From Octopus bimaculoides (lineage: Eukaryota): 45,103 nucleotides of DNA. The notes beneath the pieces were generated by a model that was not told the origin of the DNA, searched no databases, and saw nothing but the letters and a program-made list of their open reading frames with translations. The DNA lies in the NCBI RefSeq assembly GCF_001194135.2, contig NC_068981.1, forward strand, positions 118,111,649 through 118,156,751. The letters are read 5' to 3'. A program made the position numbers and the translations under genes. Shown piece after piece: positions 12,382 through 24,039 of the stretch (its first letter is position 1; the number at the start of each line of letters is the position of its first letter).

Positions 12382-13276
12382 CTGAAAATAGAATAAAACA
12401 AAGTCAAATCATATATACACAGGCATATATACATATATATATATATATANNNNNNNNNNNNNNNNNNNNNNNNNNNNNNNNNNNNNNNNNNNNNNNNNNN
12501 NNNNNNNNNNNNNNNNNNNNNNNNNNNNNNNNNNNNNNNNNNNNNNNNNNNNNNNNNNNNNNNNNNNNNNNNNNNNNNNNNNNNNNNNNNNNNNNNNNNN
12601 NNNNNNNNNNNNNNNNNNNNNNNNNNNNNNNNNNNNNNNNNNNNNNNNNNNNNNNNNNNNNNNNNNNNNNNNNNNNNNNNNNNNNNNNNNNNNNNNNNNN
12701 NNNNNNNNNNNNNNNNNNNNNNNNNNNNNNNNNNNNNNNNNNNNNNNNNNNNNNNNNNNNNNNNNNNNNNNNNNNNNNNNNNNNNNNNNNNNNNNNNNNN
12801 NNNNNNNNNNNNNNNNNNNNNNNNNNNNNNNNNNNNNNNNNNNNNNNNNNNNNNNNNNNNNNNNNNNNNNNNNNNNNNNNNNNNNNNNNNNNNNNNNNNN
12901 NNNNNNNNNNNNNNNTATATATATATATATATATATATATCTGGAGGCCTTCTCAATTTCCAAAACTGAAATGTTTAGTCGGTGACCTCACGTGAGAAAA
13001 CATGTTGGAGCCATAACCTTCTTCGCTTGCTGATTAGTGAACGTAAATCGTACATAAACTGACCGTTTTCGGACACAATCAGAACATATCTCCATCTCGC
13101 CCAGAAGGTATTTTAGCTTCGAAGAATTTCGTTTCACGAATTACTTTTCTGAATCTTGCTGACGAAATCTGTGTTCTTACCACCATTAGTAAAAAGGTTA
13201 GCTACCATGTGTGATGTGTTGCTTCCAAAACTGCCGGCCTTGTGCCATAATTTGAAATCAATATTACTCGTCTAGA

Positions 13277-13685
13277 AGGTATTGAGCTGGCAGCATCGTT
13301 AGCACACGGGACAAATATTTGGTCGCATTTAGTTTGTCTTGATGCTCTGAGTTCAAATGCCACCGGGGTCGACTTCATGTTTCATCCTTACAGGATCGTG
13401 AGCATCGTGGTCGACGTAATCTACTTATCCCTAAATTCCTCCTGGGTGGGTGGACTGTACCTTTCATCCTTGCGGCGTCGATAAAATAAGTCTCAGTCGA
13501 GCACTCTGGACATAATGCTTGGCGACATTTCGTCTGTCTGTATGTTTTGAGTCCTCCAAGGCCAACATTGCTTTTCATCCTTTTGGTGTGGAGAATATGT
13601 GTACCAGTTGAGCACCCGGGTCGATGTAATCGACTTACCCCTTCCCCCCTAAAATTGCTGGCTTTGTGCCAAGCTAGGAAAATAC
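13277..13685 (+). mobile_element. Nested or tandem SINE family A fragments
   Basis: gagctggcagcatcgttagcac...ctgagttcaaatgccaccggggtcgac and a later gtaccagttgagcaccggggtcgatgtaatcgac...gctttgtgcc tail. Confidence 0.7.
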
Positions 13686-13779
13686 TATTACTCCCCTTAA
13701 TTTTAAGTTAGAATCGGAAATGAAGCAGAAGCTCGAATCCAATTGGCAGAATTTCTCTGTTCAGATTTTCTCTCCAGTA

Positions 13780-14070
13780 AATTCATGTCCCGTCATTTCT
13801 GCTAATTCCCACTTCTCGACAGAGCGTAGCTCTGAGATTAGTGTCTCTTCCCAGGTCGAGTCACTCCCTATTGAAAGGTCACAGTACCGGTACTACAAAC
13901 ATATGATTAGAATGTGATAAGAACGATTCTCAAATATATTCTTGAAACCTAGGAGACCTAAGGGTAGAGCAAGATAAGATAATTGGGAATCCAGTCGTAT
14001 TCTAATGACGGTTTCTTGTGAAACCTCAGGACTCTTTTCATACGACCCAGCCTGGAATAGTACGCGGAGA
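13780..14070 (+). mobile_element. 5'-truncated RTE-clade LINE 3' end
   Basis: Translates SSEISVSSQVESLPIERSQYRYYKHMIRM...RRPKGRAR, like the RTE ORF2 C-terminus. Its 3' UTR (cctcaggactct...ctggaatagtacgcggaga) matches the copy at about 38740-38800 on the minus strand. Confidence 0.75.
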
Positions 14071-14190
14071 TTGATTGATTGATTGATAGATAGATGGATG
14101 GATGGATGGATGGATGGATGGAAGGAAGGAAGGAGGGAAGGAAAGAAGGAAGGAAGGAAGGAAGGAAGGAAGGAAGGACGGGTGGATGGA
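14070..14190. repeat. Graded tetranucleotide array GATT>GATA>GATG>GGAA
   Basis: Directly visible, immediately 3' of the RTE fragment. Confidence 0.95.
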
Positions 14191-14269
14191 ATACTACAAT
14201 AATTTTTCACGAATTTTACTATATGTAAAAACGTAATAATGATATATAGGCGGAAGCACGGGTCATGGG

Positions 14270-14612
14270 TACAGACATAGGTGCAGTGCTACGACGCTCG
14301 CTTTGCAACGGCGTGGCTTTGGGTCCAATCCCACGCACCTCCTTTGCCAAGTGTTTTCACTATAGCTCCAGAATTACCAACAATGCCTTCTGAGTGGATT
14401 AATTGATAGAGTCTGTGTGGAAGCCCATCATGTATGCATGTGTGACTTAGTGATCGTCCCCCACCACCGCTACATAATCTGTTTTGGCTGTTTACGTTCC
14501 CGTAACTTAGAGGTTCTCCAAAAACAAATGCTGGAGTCGATTTGCTCGGCTGAATTCTTCAAGTTGGTACCCCAGTATGGCCAGAGTCCAATGACTAAAA
14601 CACATAAAAAGT
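14270..14612 (+). mobile_element. SINE family B, degenerate copy
   Basis: ctttgccaagtgttttcactatagctc...gtcgatttgctcggct...ccagtatggccagagtccaatgactaaaac matches 24900-25390. Confidence 0.7.
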
Positions 14613-15166
14613 AAAAGATAGCAGATTTATTTTACAATGGTTGCGTTTATTACATTAGCCAGCTTTTGAAATAATTTCTGCTTTGTATATACACTACATA
14701 CATTTGAAGAGTTATTTATCATTTCCGAGAGACCAATATTTTTTTTATTTCAGAGTTTAGATTATTTCATATCTAAATATCCATAATTTTTTTGGCGCCA
14801 ATTTCTTGCCGGTAAAATAAATGTTCAATTTAGACAGTTTTGTCATTAATCCACGTACTGTTCTTTTAGACTTACTAGAAGGAAAGAAAAGTCTTTTTCA
14901 GTCTTGAATAGTCGCTAATATAATGCATTGCATTCCCCAGATATTAAGTTTTTTAATAGTCATAATAACGTTGAACATAACTGTGCTGGGGGGGCGGTGC
15001 TCGACGAATTATAGACAGAAGGAAAATAAAAGCAAAAGCTGGTGATATTAGGATTTTCAAGATAAGCTTATTAAGAGGTTCTCATATAGTCCTAGCTATT
15101 AATGATAAATCGAATAATATATACAAATACATACATAGATACATTCATATATACACATACACACAC

Positions 15167-15198
<32 letters not shown>

Positions 15199-15829
15199 TT
15201 AAGTCAGCAAATATACATGTATACANNNNNNNNNNNNNNNNNNNNNNNNNNNNNNNNNNNNNNNNNNNNNNNNNNNNNNNNNNNNNNNNNNNNNNNNNNN
15301 NNNNNNNNNNNNNNNNNNNNNNNNNNNNNNNNNNNNNNNNNNNNNNNTATATATTTGTGTTTCCATGTATGTGTGTGCGTGCGCGTGCACGTGTGTGTGT
15401 GTATGTATGTATGTATATATGTATGTATGTATGTATGTATGTAAATATAGATACGTATAACTATATTCAGATTCATAAACCCAATATCGCATACGATTAA
15501 CATGAAATTCTCGATAATATATAGAATTAGTGTCAATTTTATCTCTGGTTGATGGTATTCAAGATATAGATATTAAATATATGTTTGCAAATAGATCTTC
15601 AGTCTACATATATCACAGCCTGAGTATATATAACCTTAGTGCAACCTCGCCATAACCCCTTTGTGTTTTGATGTATCTCAGCAGACATATCGTGCAATTA
15701 TAATTGGTCTCTGTCTACTTGATTGCCGTTAATCTCTGTAAAATTATTAATACCAGTTCGTATATTTTACTAACTCGACACATGGAAGATACTGATCCGG
15801 ATGAATATTTGTTTCAAATTTTTTAACAC

Positions 15830-18055
15830 ATGCCCAGCAATTTTAGTGAGTGACAGTTAGATGATAACATCGACCCTAGTACCCTACTGCTACTTATTTT
15901 ATCAACTTCGAAAAGAGAAATGGCATATCGATCTCGTTGGAATTTGAACTCAAAAGGTAATAACTTGGAAGAAATACTCCTTAGCATTTTGTCCGATGCG
16001 CTAACGATTGTGTCAGATAGCCTTAGTAATCATATATTTTTTTGTTTCTACTACAGACACAAGGCCTAAATTTTGTGGGTGATGAGGATCGATTATATGA
16101 GATCCTCTGTGCAAATGGTACTTAATATATTGAGCCCCACGAAATTATAAATGCAAATTCGGCTTCAGCGGAATTTGAAAACAGAACGAAATGCGTCAGA
16201 AGAAATGCTGCTAAATATCTTGTGTGAAGTGCTAACAGTTCTGTTAGCCTTTATTGCTTCAAATTTTCGTAGAAATTCAGCAGTTTTGGGGAAGTGGGTA
16301 TGTCTTTACCATCCACCCCTCGGATATCAACTAGTACTTTATTTTATCGATACCGGGAGGATGAAAGGAAAAACCAACCTCTAAGTTATGCGAACGCGGA
16401 AAGTGAAAAGCTGGAAGGAATTCCGCTAAGCATTTGGTTCGACGAATTAAAGTTCTGCGAACTGCCTGCCTTTATCCGGATGCATGTTATGATGAATACA
16501 GTAATGAAGAATGTGATAACAGCATAAATAGCTTCTTTTTTTTTTCATTTTTGCACATGCCCAGATATTTGAAGGGAATGGTTAGTCAATTAATTCAGTG
16601 CCCAGTATTTGACTAACACATTTTTGACTAAAATAGTAACAGTGTTTAACTAAAACCTCAGAGTAATATTGATTTCAAATTTTGACACAAGGCCAGCAAT
16701 TTCGGGGAAGAGGGTAAGTTGGTTATTTCGGCCCTAGTGCTCAAATGGAATATATTTTATCAACTTTTAAAGGATGAAAAGTAAAGTTGACCTCGGCAGT
16801 ATTTGAACTCAACGTAAAGATGGACGAAATGTCGCTAAGAATTTTGCCAGGCCTGCTAACGACTCTAAACATTTAGGGGAATGGCAAGTCGACACTAATA
16901 TGCCATTGGTACCTATATCGACCGAGAAAAGGTGAAAGGCTAAATCAGCCTTGTCTGCATTTCAACTCAGAAATGAAATGCTAAGCACTTTGTGAGGCAT
17001 GCCAACGATTCTGTCAGTTTACCGCCTTCCTTAAGACAGTAATAATAAGAATGATTTCAAAATTTAGCAGCAGACCACACTCTGAGGGGAGAGGAGCTAT
17101 CGATAACATTGACTCGAATTAACGCAGTAGTACTTTCTTGAATTGAACCCGTAGAGCGAGAGGGAAAAATCAAAAGTCGGAAAACAATTCGGTATAGCTA
17201 AATAATCCAAAGAATTAAAATGCAAGAATACAAATACAGCTCATTTACCATTCTGATAGGTTCCCTCTTTTGTTTCGCCCATCCCGGCTAACTGTGACAA
17301 ATCCTTCAGTGTAATCATCATACTGTTTCAAATTTTGTGACATGACAGAACGATTTAAAGAGAGGGGTTAGTCGATTGCATCAACCACAGTTCTTGACTT
17401 ATACTTATTTTATCGATGCTGAAAGGATAAATAGCAAAGTTGACCTCGATGGTATTTCAACTAAGAATTTAAACTACCGAAAAGATTGCTGCCGTAAAAC
17501 ATTTTGTCCAATGCTCTAATTCTTCTATCAGTTAGCCTCTTTTGTAATTATAATCTTGTCTACGCTAGGCGCAAAGCCCGAAATTTTGGGGAAGGGGGCC
17601 AGTCAATTAGGTCGACCTCAGTACGCAACAGATACTTAATTTTTTGACCCCGAAAGGATGAAAGGCAAAGTCGATCACGGCGGAATTTGAACTCAGAACG
17701 TAAAGACAAACATTTCGACCGGCCTGTAAGGATGAAAAACAAAGTCAACCTCGACTGAACTTGAATTTAGAATGTAAAAACGTATGAAATTCTACTAAGC
17801 ATTAGTTCCGGTGTGCTAATGATTCTGCCAGCTCACCAATAATGATAATGATGATTTTCAATTTTGGCATGAGACCAACAATTTCTGGAGAGGGGTAAGA
17901 CGATTACAGCCACCCCAGTGTTTAACTGTTGCTTAATTTATCGAGCCCGAAAAGATAAAACGGAAAGTCGACTTCGCCGGAATTTGAACTCAGAAAGTAG
18001 CGACGGGCGAAATATCGCTAGGCATTCCGTCCAGCGCGCTAACGATTCTGCAACA
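15830..18055 (-). mobile_element. Cluster of about 8-10 co-oriented SINE family A copies
   Basis: Repeated ggaatttgaactcag...gaaat...ctaagca...ctaacgattctgccag motifs near 15950, 16170, 16400, 16800, 16970, 17460, 17690, 17760 and 17980, all in the same orientation. Confidence 0.85.
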
Positions 18056-18794
18056 AGAAGAAGAAGAAGAAGAAGAAGAATTTCTTAATTAGTAGACTGG
18101 ATTTACCTATTGAGTGGTTGAGAGGTTTTTTTTTTTTTTAAACAGTAACTAAGTTTCTCATGACTATATCATGTGCAATTCTATGTTAGCTCGTACATGA
18201 TTTTATATGCACATTTTTACGAGTGTGACCGTGCATGAACAAAGAATATTTCTAAGTTAATTCATATACTTTATACTATGTGACAATATTTATGCAACTC
18301 AATAAAAATTATCTGAAGAAAGAAATAATTAGGTGCCCACGTGATAAATCGTATATAATCCATGATTCAGATTTTGTACAGCGGACTGGAATAACAAGTA
18401 ATATCTATTTATTATCAAAATGGAAGTGCTAGTCTGTATTATTTATAAGACAGAGAAAAACATGAACACCATAATTAAATTTCATCTCGTTTCATCTTTG
18501 TGCCGAGTTTAGAAAATATATGGTGTTTGTTTTAATTTAGGAAATTGTATTTAATATAATTGTCTCCTCTTGGTAGTGACAACAAAGACCTAATCCTAGG
18601 CAAGTACCATATAGTAAGATTTAGTTTTGAAATTGAAACCATGACGTTAAGATAGAAATAGAGTTATTGGTAGATAGATACATCATTTTGTAATTTATAC
18701 AAAAAGTATTACGAGTTTAAAAATTAGAACGAAATATAAATGAGAAAAAGAAAGGAAAAATAATGAATGAATTAGGGATCAAAAGGGTAACATA

Positions 18795-18816
18795 CGTACA
18801 TACAGATAGACAGACT

Positions 18817-18862
<46 letters not shown>

Positions 18863-18945
18863 AACATCCATACATACATGCATACATACATACATGCATG
18901 CATACATACATACATGCATACATACATACATACATACACACACAT
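18795..18945. repeat. (GATA)n/(CATA/CATG)n microsatellite
   Basis: Directly visible. Confidence 0.95.
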
Positions 18946-19027
18946 TCAGACTAACGCACCACAATCATACCCATATATTTATGATGTATGAATTCCTACA
19001 TATATAACAGTGCGTAGGTTTGAATTG

Positions 19028-19066
<39 letters not shown>

Positions 19067-19070
<4 letters not shown>

Positions 19071-19428
19071 CATGGAAAAATGCGATCATGAAAAGTAGTA
19101 TTCTTAAGATTATAAACCTAGAAAAGTACGGGACAAGTTATTACACCTGTAAAAGTATAGGACAAACTATTACTTCAAATAAAGTAAAGAATAAGAAAAT
19201 TTTACTTAAAATATTGCAGCAAAGAATGCTAGTTCTAATTTATCTCTCTTTACAGTTCTCATCTTTTAGATTTATTGTACAAAACTGTTCAGCTAATTTC
19301 TTATTCTTTACTTTACTTCAAGTAATAGTTTGTCCTATACTTTTACAGGTCCAATAACTTGTCCTCTACGTTTCCAGGTTTATAACCTTAAACATATTAC
19401 TTTTCATGCACGCATTTTTCCATATAAT
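19067..19428. repeat. Foldback / MITE-like long inverted repeat
   Basis: Arms 19067-19202 and about 19295-19428 are reverse complements, with about 85% identity by eye and a roughly 90-nt spacer. Confidence 0.9.
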
Positions 19429-19880
19429 CCATGATTTTTCCAGGCATTGTAGTTATAAGATAATTAATAATGTGTCAAGGATTCAGGATTTTACCTTATA
19501 AAATACTGCGTAGGTGGATACATTGGCTGCTATTTTTTAGCGTGTCGGGCAACCAAGTAAAGACGCTTTCATTGGTTTGATTGCGTGATGAAATTGTTTT
19601 ACACATATATGTATAACATGCATATATATATCATCCTCAGAAGTTAGAGATTAAGTCAAAAACTGAGTTTCGTGTATTGGCACACGAATGTGTCCATTGT
19701 TGCTCAGTAACTTGTGACAAATTAACTTATAAAATACAAAATCTTGTCAAAAAGGTTAAGAGTAAACCCTGTCGTATGTCACACATTGTACCAGTATCGG
19801 AAGTTTCAAAGTGTTTAGTTAAACAAAATTAAAAAATAATCTGTACGCCAAATTGAATCGATTCGAAATGGATAAAATGC

Positions 19881-19978
19881 AAAGCCGACGTAATTTGAAC
19901 TCAGAACATAAACACAGGCGAAATACCGTGAAGCACTTCGCCAGGCGCGACAACGTTACTGCCAGCACGCCGTCTTAG
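19881..19978 (-). mobile_element. SINE family A head fragment
   Basis: taatttgaactcagaac...gaaataccgtgaagcacttcgccaggcgcg...tgccagcacgccgtctta. Confidence 0.7.
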
Positions 19979-20479
19979 TTCGTCAGAATTCATTTTAGCA
20001 ATATATTCTTTAATATTCTTATTGATAAGCATACTCCTTCACTCTCTTACACGAAATTTCGTGGTATTTACCCCCATAACTTTTCTTCCACTAAATTTTG
20101 TTCAATGCGACTAACGACTCTCAATTCCTCATACATTTTTCTATCATTTAAGCCTAAGAAAAGTATACTTTTATTTTAAAATGAAAGAGTTTATGTTAAT
20201 TGAAGGTGAATAGGTGCCTTGCTTCCCCCCTTTTTACTATTGAATCAAATCCCAAACTATTTATGCCAAACTGTAGCTGAGGATGTGTCCTCTTTCAGAC
20301 TGTTAACAGTTTGCAATTTATTTGAGAACTGAATTAGCGGTGAAGCTTGGAAGCTGCTGCGATTGACGAAATGGTGGACTTAAGAATAAATTCAGCCACT
20401 ATCGTGGTTGAATGATATATNNNNNNNNNNNATATATATATATATATATACTGGAGGCACACCTTTTTTCCTGTTTCTG

Positions 20480-20665
20480 TTTTATCTGTATTTCAAAGGG
20501 CCAGCTTTGTCACATTCTGTGTCACGCTGAATCTCCCCGAGGTCTACGTTAAGGGTACACATATCTGGGGAGTACTCAGCCACTTGCATGTTACTTTCAC
20601 GAGCAGGCTGTTCCATTGATCGGATCAACTTGAACCCCCATTGTCGTAACCGACGGAGTGGCACA
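20480..20665 (+). mobile_element. SINE family D, headless fragment
   Basis: Reverse complement of 4460-4640 (gagcaggctgttccattgatcggatcaac...). Confidence 0.8.
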
Positions 20666-22487
20666 ATATATATATATATACACACACAGCGACAGACAGA
20701 TAGAGAAACAGTTGAAAGAACGGTAATGGTGAGGATGTACATTAAATATGGATCACTAGCTAGCTGTCAAGTTACATTTTAAAACTTTGCAAGCTATAGA
20801 CACAGTTAACTTGATCAAAGCTTTCTTGCATATCGTATGACATTTACAACTTTCAATGCCTGTCTTCTTATGTTTGTCGCTTTGTGTTGTATGTGTCAAT
20901 AATAATCGCCAGACATCATAAGATTAATCTATGTAGAAGAGTTGACAGTTGACCCATGAATCTGCATAGGTTAATGAATGCAACTGATATATAGGCGACT
21001 TTACAAACACCGTTAAATATGATTTATGTTGCTATGTTAGCGAGTCTGCGAGATGATTTCGATTTTCATTTAAACCTCCTTTCCAGCCTGCTACCATGTT
21101 ATATGCATGAAGACCACGATTTAAAACTTAAACATGGGACTACAAATATTTTGATTAGCACACACTTGAATCTACTTGCAAATAAATACTGATTCCTTGA
21201 AAAGAAAATTGGCATTTATGAAGGTGGATACAGACCAATTAAATTTGAGACAGTTTTAATTACTGTTAATCTTTTTAGGGAAGAGATAGACAAAATAACA
21301 TATTCTTAAGTAAGTCTTAAAGACTAGGTGTCTACAAGGAAAATGCGGATTATAGACTTCATGTTAAAACTATTATCAAATGTCAGCTTTTTACACTCAA
21401 AAAATAAAGTTGATAGCAAATACACACTTGGGACTCGGCTAATATATGTGCCCCAATGACAGATGCAGGAGTCTTGATACCTAAATGCAATTGGCATATT
21501 CTTCAGATTTAAAGAAATGTAAGAATAAATTCAAACTCAATAAAATACGAGAAGAAGGAAAGAGAAGTTTGGATTAGATCATCTAAGTAGCATCGATTAA
21601 GTTTAAATGGAGACGATTTCTGACATATTTCAGCGGTGTAAAATAGGGGAAAGGGCATTAATCTGAAGCCAAGTAAAATTTCCGATCATGATTTGCTATA
21701 TTTCAAAACTTTAGGGTTCACAAGCACTAAATACTTCTTGCTGAACTTTCAGGAATTTTATTTCCGCAGTTTTGTTCTTAATATTCATTACGTTCCTGTC
21801 GGTGCATTGGTTTCGATGGCTCGTTCAATTTGTTGACGTTTCGCGTCAAGGAGTGATTCGTTGCATTGTATTTTAACTGAAACGGAATCAAATTTTCATG
21901 TGGTCATATGCAAAGAGCAATTCAAGTGTTCAAATATACAGGAAACCAAGAAAGCATTCGGTAATCTTCCAGAAACTTAGCTCCTTTTTAAAACTTATTT
22001 ATAATGCAAGAAAATTTTGTGATTTGAGATTTAAATCGAATCGTTGAGACGTGTAAAGAATATAAACTGCCGGTATCACGAAAGACAACGTGAAACAATT
22101 TCAATAATTTAGCGAAATTTGTTCTGTTTCTCGAAATTTATGTAATTAAAGAATTAATCATGAACATCCAAGAACTACGAATAAAAAGATTAACATTATG
22201 GAATATCAGCGTTGTGCAACTGAAACTTTTAACATTATGCAATTATATGTTTTACTTGAGACACAAATATGGCAGGATCCTGAAGAACTCATTTATGTAC
22301 TTCGAGCGAACCTTGTCTGTGACACAGTTGCGGCTGCTGTTCGAGCTTAAATCATTCCGCGGATGACATGCTGGAAGCATGAGGGTTACAGCTTGTCTTT
22401 TACCACTTTTGAAATAAATGGCTGTGCTCTCACTTTGATTAAGAATCGATAAGTAAATAATTCGAAAAAGGAAAAAAGTAGACTCAC

Positions 22488-22574
22488 CAATTAGTGGAAT
22501 TGCTGAGGCTGCAGGTGGTGTTGACTCTGCTAATAGTAATAGCAATACGAAGAAGGCAACAAATATATTCATCC
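22488..22574 (-). CDS. Internal exon of a nicotinic acetylcholine receptor-like (Cys-loop) subunit: M2 pore helix and M2-M3 loop
   Basis: Minus strand reads gttttttttctcaaag|GG ATG AAT ATA TTT...CCA CTA ATT G|gtgagt. The exon is 87 nt, phase 1 at both ends, and translates (G)MNIFVAFFVLLLLLAESTPPAASAIPLI(G). This aligns with the nAChR M2/M2-M3 pattern G..V/L.LLLxAExxP...PLIG and splices in frame to the next exon. Confidence 0.92.
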
Positions 22575-23199
22575 CTTTGAGAAAAAAAACGGGTCATTGA
22601 TCAATATAGTTAGACAGACATATATTTTAATACAAGATGCTAAATTAGTTATATCAAATTACTTATATCGTATCGTCTTGCTTCATATCAACTGTATTGT
22701 AATTTATTCTTCAATAGTAGTTTGTTTTTTATTAGATAAGTCGATCTGAGTGAGACGATCTTGATTATTAAAACTTTATGAAGAGAATTATTTGAAGATT
22801 ATTTGACTTAACTAATTTAAACTGCATTTAGTTTCAATAAAAGTTAAATTGCAATCATGACAGAATTATTTCAAGTCAACCAGAAAATTCAACAAGATGT
22901 GAAATGTTTTCTAGCGTAAAGACGAGACTTTATCCAAATATAATGGTAGACATGATGCCCTTGTTTTCTTATATATCTCCTAATACTTTATTTGAGATTA
23001 ACTGAAATTATCGAGGGCGGATACAAAGTTTGCTTCAGGACCCAATGCATTCCATATGTGCCCCCATTGCATTCGCCTAACTTTCACACATACGCAAATA
23101 TGAATATCACCGTTGGTAGTGAAACTGTGAACTGTCCATTGCAATATAGTTACCAACGTCGTTGCTGTTCATAAATTCCTATCTTTTATCTTTCATCTT

Positions 23200-23950
23200 T
23201 TATTACGGGCATGTTGGGACAATGCCTTGAATAATTTTTTACTCGAACGAATCGACCCCAGGGCCTACTTTTTTAAAGGATAGCTCCTAACTTATCGATT
23301 CTCTTGCTGAACCGCTAAGTTACAGGGGCGAAAACGCACCAACACTGGTTGCCAAGCGATGGTGGGGGACGAACAGAAAAACACACAACCATAGTTATAC
23401 ACAGATTCATATGACAGGCTTCTTTCGTTTTCAGTCCACTAAATTCACTCACGAGGCTTTGGTCGACCTGCGTTTATAGTAAAAGACACTTGTCCAAAGT
23501 GCCACGCACCGAGATTGAACCAGGAACCATATGGTTGTGAAGCAAACTTCTTACCACACAGTACAAAGAATGATTATTTTGTGTAAAATGGCTGCAAGAA
23601 GAAACTGTAATATGCTCATATATTTGGCTTACAGAGTAGTTATAGCTATTCTAAGCCATTAAATACAATAAAGACGAAAAATTCCTCAGAGGATGGACGT
23701 AAAAAACTTACACATTTCGCAGTGTGATTAAATACGAGCATGAAAAATGATTCGCTACATTTACAAAAAACATTAAACCATATATATATATATATGACGA
23801 TCTTGTTTTAGTTTCTGTCAACCAAATCCACTCGCAAGGATCTGGTCAGCGTGAGACTATAGTAGAAGACACTTGCCCATGGTGCCACGCAGTGGGAGTG
23901 AACCCGGAACCACGTGGTTGGGAAACAAGCCTCTTACTACACACCTACGC
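23200..23950 (-). mobile_element. Two SINE family B copies (about 23200-23560 and 23780-23950)
   Basis: aagacacttgtccaaagtgccacgcac and aagacacttgcccatggtgccacgcagtggg...aacaagc are reverse complements of the family B head and body. Confidence 0.78.
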
Positions 23951-24039
23951 CTGAGCCTATATACAAATGTGTATGTATGTATATATGTATGTATGTATGT
24001 ATGTATCTCCCCTTTTTCTTAGCTCCCCTGTGTGAACTT

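Noticed and set aside
15830-18055. Regularly recurring motif resembling a CRISPR-like repeat-spacer array
   Set aside because: Units are about 200-nt diverged SINE copies found throughout the window in a eukaryotic context, with no cas genes.
21780-21900. Possible editing-complementary sequence for the M2 exon
   Set aside because: Only about 8-9 nt of complementarity was found, which is at chance level.
22252-22572. ORF beginning MNIFVAFFVLLLLLAES looks like a signal peptide or first exon
   Set aside because: It has an upstream acceptor, ends in PLIG, and splices in frame to the M3 exon. It is the M2 helix.
9516-22574. Could be an octopus chemotactile receptor (sucker-expressed atypical nAChR)
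   Set aside because: It cannot be judged without the ligand-binding domain. The intron-rich structure, long MA-containing loop and this M2 fit the anion-type AChR group better. Not formally excluded.
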